From Macrostomum lignano (Eukaryota): DNA of 64,000 nt. The stretch spans positions 248,001 to 312,000 of the forward strand of contig NIVC01000027.1 in assembly GCA_002269645.1 (NCBI GenBank). Direction: 5' to 3'. Position 1 is the first letter of the stretch, and every line of letters starts with the position of its first letter. Below are positions 46,101-55,100 of this stretch, in pieces. The notes beneath the pieces were generated by a model. The model was not told where the DNA came from. It saw only the letters and a program-made list of their open reading frames with translations, and did no database searches. Position numbers and translations under genes: made by a program.

Positions 46101-49100
46101 AGATTCAGATTAAAACCCGTACAAGATTTAGATTGAACTCGTACAAGATTTAGATTGAACTCGTACAAGATTTAGATCGAACTCGTACAAGATTTAGATT
46201 GAACTCGTACAATATTTGGATTGAACTCGTACAAGATTCAGATTAAAACCCGTACAAGATTTAGATTGAACTCGTACAAGATTCAGATTAAAACCCGTAC
46301 AATATTTAGATTAAAACTCGTACAAGATTCAGATTAAAACCCGTACAAGATTCAGATTTAAACTCGTACCAGACTCAGATTGAAACTCAGAAAAGAGTCA
46401 GCTTACTACTTCAGTCTCGATTGAGTTAACCAATATGATGATAAAATCTTGTTTTTAGGCAGCGGCGCTGTACTAGCATCAAAGCCGTTGACTTTGCCAG
46501 AACAGTGCCACCTAGTTGAAGTGGGCACATTCAAAGACACAGCCTATCTGCTCTGTCTCTCCGAGAGTCTCAACTTCTACTGCGTGTCGTTGGGCGCCGA
46601 AAACGAATTCTGCGCCTCCCTGGAAGCTCGAGTTACCGGCGTTACATCATTCTGTCTGCACGACACTTTCCTGCTAGTTACCGGCGTAGCTCACGTTCTG
46701 GTGTCCGCAAATCGTCGCTTAATCATGAGCGAAGCGTTCCGTGCCTTGAATGAAGATTTAAGCCAACAGCAGCAGATATTGCAGCAGCAGCAGCGTCAAC
46801 TACAAATTCAACAGCAATCAGCTGCCAGTTGCTATAGCGACCGGGTTCGAAGAATCGAACGGGGCGCTAGATTAGTGGCTTGCTCGGCTAATGACAGTCT
46901 GACTGTGTTGCAGATGCCGCGCGGCAATCTGGAGGGTGTGCATCCGCGGTCTCTGGTGCTGCTTCGGGTCACCGAGATGCTGGACAGGTGAGGGGTGGAC
47001 AAGGTGTCTGTTGGACAGGTGAAGGGGTGGACAAAGTGTCTGTTGGACAGGTGAGGTTTGGACAAGGTGTCTGTTGGACAGGTGTCTGTTGGACAGGTGA
47101 GGTGTGGACAAGGTGTCTGTTGGACAGGTGTCTGTTGGACAGGTGAGGTGTGGACAAGGTGTCTGTTGGACAGGTGAGGTGTGGACAAGGTGTCTGTTGG
47201 ACAGGTGTCTGTTGGACAGGTGAGGTGTGGACAAGGTGTCTGTTGGACAGGTGAGGTGTGGACAAGGTGTCTGTTGGACAGGTGAGGGGTGGACAAGGTG
47301 TCTGTTGGACAGGTGAAGAGGTGGACAAAGTGTCTGTTGGACAGGTGAGGTGTGGACAAGGTGTCTGTTGGACAGGTGAGGGGTGGACAAGGTGTCTGTT
47401 GGACAGGTGAAGAGGTGGACAAAGTGTCTGTTGGACAGGTGAGGTTTGGACAAGGTGTCTGTTGGACAGGTGTCTGTTGGACAGGTGAGGTGTGGACAAG
47501 GTGTCTGTTGGACAGGTGTCTGTTGGACAGGTGAGGTGTGGACAAGGTGTCTGTTGGACAGGTGAGGTGTGGACAAGGTGTCTGTTGGACAGGTGAGGTG
47601 TGGACAAGGTGTCTGTTGGACAGGTGAGGTGTGGACAAGGTGTCTGTTGGACAGGTGAGGGGTGGACAAGGTGTCTGTTGGACAGGTGAAGAGGTGGACA
47701 AAGTGTCTGTTGGACAGGTGAGGTGTGGACAAGGTGTCTGTTGGACAGGTTGCTGTTGGACAGGTGTCTGTTGGACAGGTGAGGTGTGGACAAGGTGTCT
47801 GTTGGACAGGTGAGGGGTGGACAAGGTGTCTGTTGGACAGGTGAAGGGGTGGACAAAGTGTCTGTTGGACAGTTGAGAGGTGGACAAGGTGTCTGGTGGA
47901 CACCTAAGAGGTGGACAAGGTGTCTGTTGGACACCTAAGAGGTGGACAAGGTGTCTGTTGGACAGTTAAGTGGTGGACAAGGTGTCTGTTGGACAGTTAA
48001 GAGGTGGACAAGGTGTCTGTTGGACAGTTAAGTGGTGGACAAGGTGTCTGTTGGACAGTTAAGTGGTGGACAAGGTGTCTGTTGGACAGTTAAGAGGTGG
48101 ACAAGGTGTCTGTTGGACAGTTAAGAGGTGGACAAGGTGTCTGTTGGACATGTGAGGGGTGGACAAGATCGATAAGTTTCCATGAAGCAGTCAAAATGAG
48201 AAATATTTTTACGGGTTTTAATTTCTAGGAAACTCAAAAATTGGCATTGAAATAAAAGAAAATTCTAGAATTCGCGTCATTAATTTAGCCGCAAATTCAA
48301 TTTATGTCACGAACTGAATCTGAATAAAGTTTCCATTTTCGTCTCACAGTTATGTCTGTAGTAATTAAATTGCCACGAATTCTGGCAGTCAAAATAATGC
48401 TTCTTATCTTTGACGCACTGTTTAGATTTGTACTTAAATATTTAATAAATTGCCAATTCCTTGCTTACACAGCAATAAATTTATCCTGAAAGCCAGCGCT
48501 CTATGATAGTCGAAGATCTTTCAGTTCATATAAAGACGCGTAAATTATTCAAAACATTTTCTAATACATGCGTTGTGCAATGAATTTGAATAAAAGTAAA
48601 TACACATGCACAAAACTAGTTCCTTGGTTGGAATTTAATTCACTACCACGGATGCCGCAGGCAGTTGTCTTAGCAGACAGTTGTCTTAGCAGGCAGTTGT
48701 CTCAGCAGACAGTTGTCTCAGCAGGCAGTTGTCTTAGCAGGCAGCTGTCTTAGCAGGCAGTTGTCTCAGCAGGCAGTTGTCTCAGCAGGCAGTTGTCTTA
48801 GCAGGCAGCTGTCTTAGCAGGCAGTTGTCTTAGCAGACAGTTGTCTTAGCAGGCAGTTGTCTCAGCAGACAGTTGTCTTAGCAGGCAGTTGTCTTAGCAG
48901 GCAGTTGTCTTAGCAGGCAGTTGTCTTAGCAGGCAGTTGTCTTAGCAGGCAGTTGTCTTAGCAGGCAGTTGTCTCAGCAGGCAGTTGTCTTAGCAGACAG
49001 TTGTCTTAGCAGACAGTTGTCTTAGCAGACAGTTGTCTTAGCAGGCAGTTGTCTCAGCAGGCAGTTGTCTTAGCAGGCAGTTGTCTTAGCAGGCAGTTGT

Positions 49101-52100
49101 CTTAGCAGGCAGTTGTCTTAGCAGACAGTTGTCTTAGCAGGCAGTTGTCTCAGCAGGCAGTTGTCTTAGCAGGCAGTTGTCTCAGCAGGCAGTTGTCTTA
49201 GCAGACAGTTGTCTTAGCAGACAGTTGTCTTAGCAGACAGTTGTCTTAGCAGACAGTTGTCTTAGCAGGCAGTTGTCTCAGCAGGCAGTTGTCTTAGCAG
49301 GCAGTTGTCTCAGCAGGCAGTTGTCTTAACAGGCAGTTGTCTTAGCAGTCAGTTGTCTTAGCAGGCAGTTGTCTTAGCAGACAGTTGTCTTAGCAGGCAG
49401 TTGTCTTAGCAGGCAGTTGTCTTAGCAGGCAGTTGTCTTAGCAGGCAGTTGTCTTAGCAGGCAGTTGTCTTAGCAGGCAGTTGTCTCAGCAGGCAGTTGT
49501 CTTAGCAGGCAGTTGTCTTAGCAGGCAGTTGTCTTAGCAGGCAGTTGTCTTAGCAGACAGTTGTCTTAGCAGGCAGTTATCGCTGCAGGCAGTTTTGCGT
49601 AGGCAGTTGTCGCGCAGGCAAATTGTCGTAGAACCGAAGATTTTACCATCTTGCTGGGTGTATATTACTCTTAAAATGTATTATATACTTACTTATCCTC
49701 CTTTAGGCTTGGAATCCCGAAAATCCCTTTTCGAGCCTTGGGAATCTCATTAATCCTTTAAGCTCTGACGAAACAAAATAATTTTGTTGAAAATTTTTGA
49801 TTAAAAAATATGCATAATCTATCATATAGACATCAAATTCAAATTTGAGCTCCCACTGCGAGTAAACATCTACTGTTGATGAATCCCACTTGGGATGTTT
49901 GAGTTCGAGCTTGCAAGAGCGAATTTGGACTTCAAGTGCAAATGACTGCTGCTGTTTCACTTGACGCGGGAATGTCTGTGGTCACTGAGCAGCATTGCAT
50001 AGACTGCACAGACAGGCAAAACTGTAACAGGCAAAGGCAACAGTGCTTTTGTACGACCGAGACTAATTTGCTAATTACCTGCCCAGTGTCTTTGTTTATT
50101 CGATGGCTTGGAAAATTTCCTGCTCAGCCCCCTAATTCTGCTTAGTACTTTTACATAAATGCAGCGATTAGTTTCTCCGGGTACTGCAGCACTGCTTACT
50201 AATGGCATCAAATTAAGTAATTTTGAGCCTAAATGTAATGGTAGTTCATTTTTCATCAAGTCAAAAGGCGGTTTGATAATTTAATGAATGAAAGAAGTTC
50301 TATTTTTATACATTTGTTTTGGTGCTACGCAGCTTCTCCATGTATAAATCATTGAATGACAATCTTTTAAGTTGACTGATTCGTCTGTGTTAAATGTATT
50401 TATCATTGAATCGAAAATGATTGAAAATCCGAGAACAACTGTCTGTCATGGTCGGATATTTTTATCAGAGCCTTACAGAGTTAGCTAAATCAACCTAAAC
50501 GTAATACTTAAGAGACAAAAGGTAAAAAATGGCCCAGTCTATGGCCCAAAAGTTTGATAAGTCCATATACTAAAAATGGCCTGTCGGTAGGTTCGTGTGT
50601 GATCGATTAGAGAAAAAACTGCTCAACCGATTTTCTTCAAACTTGCACTGTAACGCTTTTCACATAACTTCGGAAAACCGAAATCATGCTTGAACTTAAG
50701 TTTTCAATTACAAATGTAGGATTCTATGGATGAAATCTATGAGTCTATGGATTCTGGCTGGCCGCAAGGGTGTTCAACCTTTATTTTCCAATTCTTCATT
50801 AAGCTACAATCGAATTTTGCGCTAACAATGACAACTTTAAAAACCCAAGTTGGTAAAAATTTGGATGAGTGGATGTTAATGTCAATGCTCTAAGATCTCA
50901 AGAATAAGGAGTCAAATTATACGGAGGAGGAGTGAAGACTTAGGAGAAATAGGAGTTAAGGAGTCAGGACTGCAAATGATAACGAGAAGTAAACTACTAG
51001 AAGTACCTCAGGACAAGTAACTCCCTTCAGTCATCACTCTTAAAAAATCATCACAAAAAGCCTGAGATGAAGCATTCTCTCTTAGGGAAAGTTCGGGGTC
51101 GGGTCTGGTTTCGGTCCGGTCGGGTTTCGGGTTCGGGGTCAGTGTTTCAGTGAAAAAATGGAAACCCGAACACCCCTAATTTCAACATTTTATAATTAGC
51201 TACTTAAACGGTCATTCGAATTACGCAAGCAGCATTCAATTTCGAAAATCGGATATTCTATTTAATCCCCGCTTTGGCCCGGCCAGCTGCCTATCTCCTC
51301 TGTGTATTTTCATTTCTTGGACTCTAAGAAATAATTGTCTATGGCTAAAAAACATTCTTTCAAATGAGTTGAGACTCCCATCAGGCGTTTCTTGGAGGCC
51401 AAGAAACACTTGTCTATGGTAGAAACACAAAGATGCTGTTATACTTTTGAAACAAAAATTTCAGCAGGTAATTCAGGTCACATTTGCTAGCATCCTCCAG
51501 CTCAGCGAGAACCATAAGTGACGGGCCTTCACCCATCGCCCAGGCACGCTTCTTCTCGTCATGCCACTCGCGGAAGACGAAAAGGCCCACTGCGCCTTTT
51601 TCTTGGTGGTCTTCGGCACGGTCTCTTCAATGTGTCTGGCAAATTCATTCTCCGAAAGTTGCTCGAACCGGCCAGTGAGAGCGGCTTCAATAGGTCCAGC
51701 GTTATCCCCGGGCTTCAGGATGAAATCAAGTAGATCCGGCGAAATCTCCATATGCGGGGCTTCAACAACGACAGCAGCAGAGATGTCACCCATATTCGGT
51801 ACCAAGCTACACACAACTGAAGCTTTTCTGATCTAACACAGAATATTCGGCTTTATAGAGCTTTATATAGTTTCGCCTTGGCCTAGAAACGCAGTCCTCA
51901 GCCGTTCCTAGGCCAAAGAAACGAAATCAAGTGGGGATTATCTTATACTTAAACATCAAAGTACGAGTGCAGAGGCAGAGGCGGGCTTCTAGTTGCGCCA
52001 GATGGACATAATCCTGCTCGTTTCCGTGTGCGTCAAGAAGGCGGGCTCTGCCTTCGTCAGACACTCGTCCGTATTGCCCTCAGGTTTCAACCTTGTCATC

Positions 52101-55100
52101 TGCCTCACCGATATTTTCAGTTCTTCATCTCACTGCTTCTTCGAACACCTCGTCGCTCATTCTTCTTATTCGTTATATCTTTTCAAAAAAATGATTTCAG
52201 TGTATGCTCCCATACATGAAGCTTCTGTCTTCTGGAAGCGAACTTCAAGGAGAGCAGCATTCAGTTTACAGAGGGATGTAATAGAGAGCCATACATGTCA
52301 GTTTGAAGTATTTGTTGTTAGCTTAACAGGGGCTATTGAAGATTGATGCAGTACAGTGTACGCTAAAAATGTGCGTCAACAATTTTGTGCTGAAATTGAA
52401 TGGGAAATCTGCATGCAGAAGCAAGTTTTGTCTATAGCTAGCCAGAATGAACGCCCTGACTATGGTATGACATAGAATATCCGATTGCCGAAATTGAATG
52501 GTCCTTGCCGGCGCCGAATTCTAATGACAGTTGAAGTAGCTAAATATAGAATGATGAAATTGAATGTCAGCTTGCCAAAATAGAATGCGAGTTTGATTTA
52601 AATTTAACGGAAAAGGTGTAGCAGTATAGCAGAAATTATGTTAGTAGTCCTTGAATGAAACAAGAAAAGAACAGTAAATTGAAACAAAAGCATGAAAAGC
52701 TCCAATTATGTACCGGTAACGCAGGCTGTTAATTTTCGCCAGGCTCAGCAACCTAAAGTCACAAAATTAGCTGGCATGCAGACTGAAAGATGGCGTAGTG
52801 AGTGACGGTTCATCTCACTGCCATCCGCCACACTTCGCAGTCCTCCACTCTCGCCTCTTCGGCGATCCTCTGCTTGTGACTAGAATCGCTCACCTCTGTC
52901 CAAGGCTTCAATGACCAGGTTGCATCTTTCATCACTGATATTTGTCCATGTTCTTGGTTGTTGGTCGCTATCTTCATCTTCCCAGCTCATTTTTGCTGAT
53001 TTGTACGAGGTTAGAGAGCGATGGTAAGCCTTAAGCAGACTTGAGAAGACTAAGCTACACCTTTCCCGTTCAATTTAAACAAATCTGCAATACAATTTAG
53101 ACAACTCTAAATTCATTTTCGACAATATATTTTTATACTTTCAGTTGAACTTTCAAATTAGACAAAGCAAACTTCGATTTAGACATCAGATGTTCGCTGT
53201 AGACAGCGGATATTCAATTCAAACAGTTCCTCATTCAGAGCAATTTGTCTAAGGTCAAAATTTAAGTCCTAGGGCAAAGCTAACATTCAATTTCGACAAC
53301 CGTAATTCAATTTACACACACGCATATTAAGCCCTTCAGACCTTTGCTTCCTGTAACTTTTGCCTCTGACCTCGAGAGAGAGAATTGGAGACTAATTTAT
53401 ACATTCCGTAAGAGGGGCCAGCCTCACCTCCTAAAATCGGATGTTTTTGCTTTCAACAACAGTGTGCATAAACACAACAGAACAAAAAAGAAAGTACGTA
53501 ACAACATGCAAAAACTTGAACAGTCTAGAGGCAGTTCCATAGCTTCGGCAGTTCATTCATCGACTCATTCAGTCGCCGTGGATTGGCACACGTGCCAGGC
53601 ATCTTGGCACATAAGATAAGCAGTGGGTGTACCATTCGTGGCATTTTCCCTGTGTCACAACGCCCACGGTGATGTCTGCCATGCGCGCGAGTTCGTCTCG
53701 CCGATACTGCACCAGTGTTCGGCCAGCGCGGGCCTCCGCGGTTGGGTTGATGAAGCCATCGTGATCTTCACCAAGTTCTCGCTTAATTGCTGCCTTCCAT
53801 GCCGAGATAGCACTTTCAACTGACGTCAGGAAAGGACTGTAGCGAGGGAGCCGCCGGAATTCATAAATGCCAACAACCTCATTCAGCTTAGCGTCGTTAT
53901 GGCTGCTCACGTTGTCAAAAACCAGATAGACCACTTTCCCTGGCCAAGCTGCCTGCACGTTTCCAGTCGTGATTTGCAAAAACTCTGCAAACCGATCCTT
54001 GGTCATGCCGCTGGTATAGACTTGATAGTGGACAACGCCAAGTTAAGGAGACATAGCCAGACAAACGGTGATGCGTGGGCCCTTCTGTCCCGCGACTCGT
54101 CAATACGCTCTTCGACCTTGAATAGCCTGTCCCTGCTGCCGCCGCATCCAACTGTCAAAACCAAACTCATCATTGTATACCTTTGGCGCATGGACAACTT
54201 CAGGGGAGCACCACCAGTGGCAAAGGGCCTCTCTCTCCGCCAGAACAGCCGGTGAGTTTCTCTCGGCCGGAGCATCACGAACTAGTTTCACGGAATACAA
54301 GAGACCTTCAAGATGCCGATTTAATGTTGACAAACCAACAACTGGCTTGTTGGGAAACCGTGCTTGCAAACGAGCATTGATGTCCTCCAATGTCAGAAGA
54401 CATGGTTGTCTTCCAGCAACTCACAGCAGTACTGTCCCATCTCACCGTCAAACTTCATATATATCCTACCGCCTCTCGTCCTCTTCTCACGCCGCCCTGT
54501 TCGAATGATTGAGCATGCCGTCGTCCTTTTTATATTCATCAGTGCCGCCAAATGCAGAAAGTCCTCGCCGTTGTTATGAGCATCTAGCAGGCGCGCTCGA
54601 TCCTGATTCGTGATTCGCACGTACGGGCCGCGGCCGTCAACGTCGCTTCCGGCCTCTTCTTCGTTGCTTCCACTGACTTCTTAATCGCTTCCGTTCACCT
54701 CTTCCTCCATGTTCGTGTGTTAGATCTGTAGACAAATGTTCTTCACGAAAGAAGCAATTCGAAACAGTATCCTTCTCTTGTTCTCTTTTGCCAAACGACC
54801 GCCGTTTTATCTGTGCTAAATGCTAAGACATCGGTTTCCCCAATAGACAATTAACTGAGTACATGTAAGCGAAGAGGTCAGAGGCAAAAGTGATAGGAAG
54901 CAAAGGTCTGAAGGGCTTAATATGAGTGTGTGTAAAATTAGCTTTTCCATAGGGCTTAAATTTTGACGATAGACAAGTTGCTCTGAATGAGGAACTGCTT
55001 AAATTGAATATCCGCTGTCTAAAGCGAATATCTGATGTCTAAATCGAATTTTGCTTTGTCTAATTTGAAAGTCTAACTGAAATTATAAAAATAGATTTTC

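Noticed and set aside
46832-47934. Three 320-350-aa minus-strand Cys/His-rich ORFs
   Set aside because: Antisense frames of the donor-containing minisatellite; the zinc-finger-like look is compositional.
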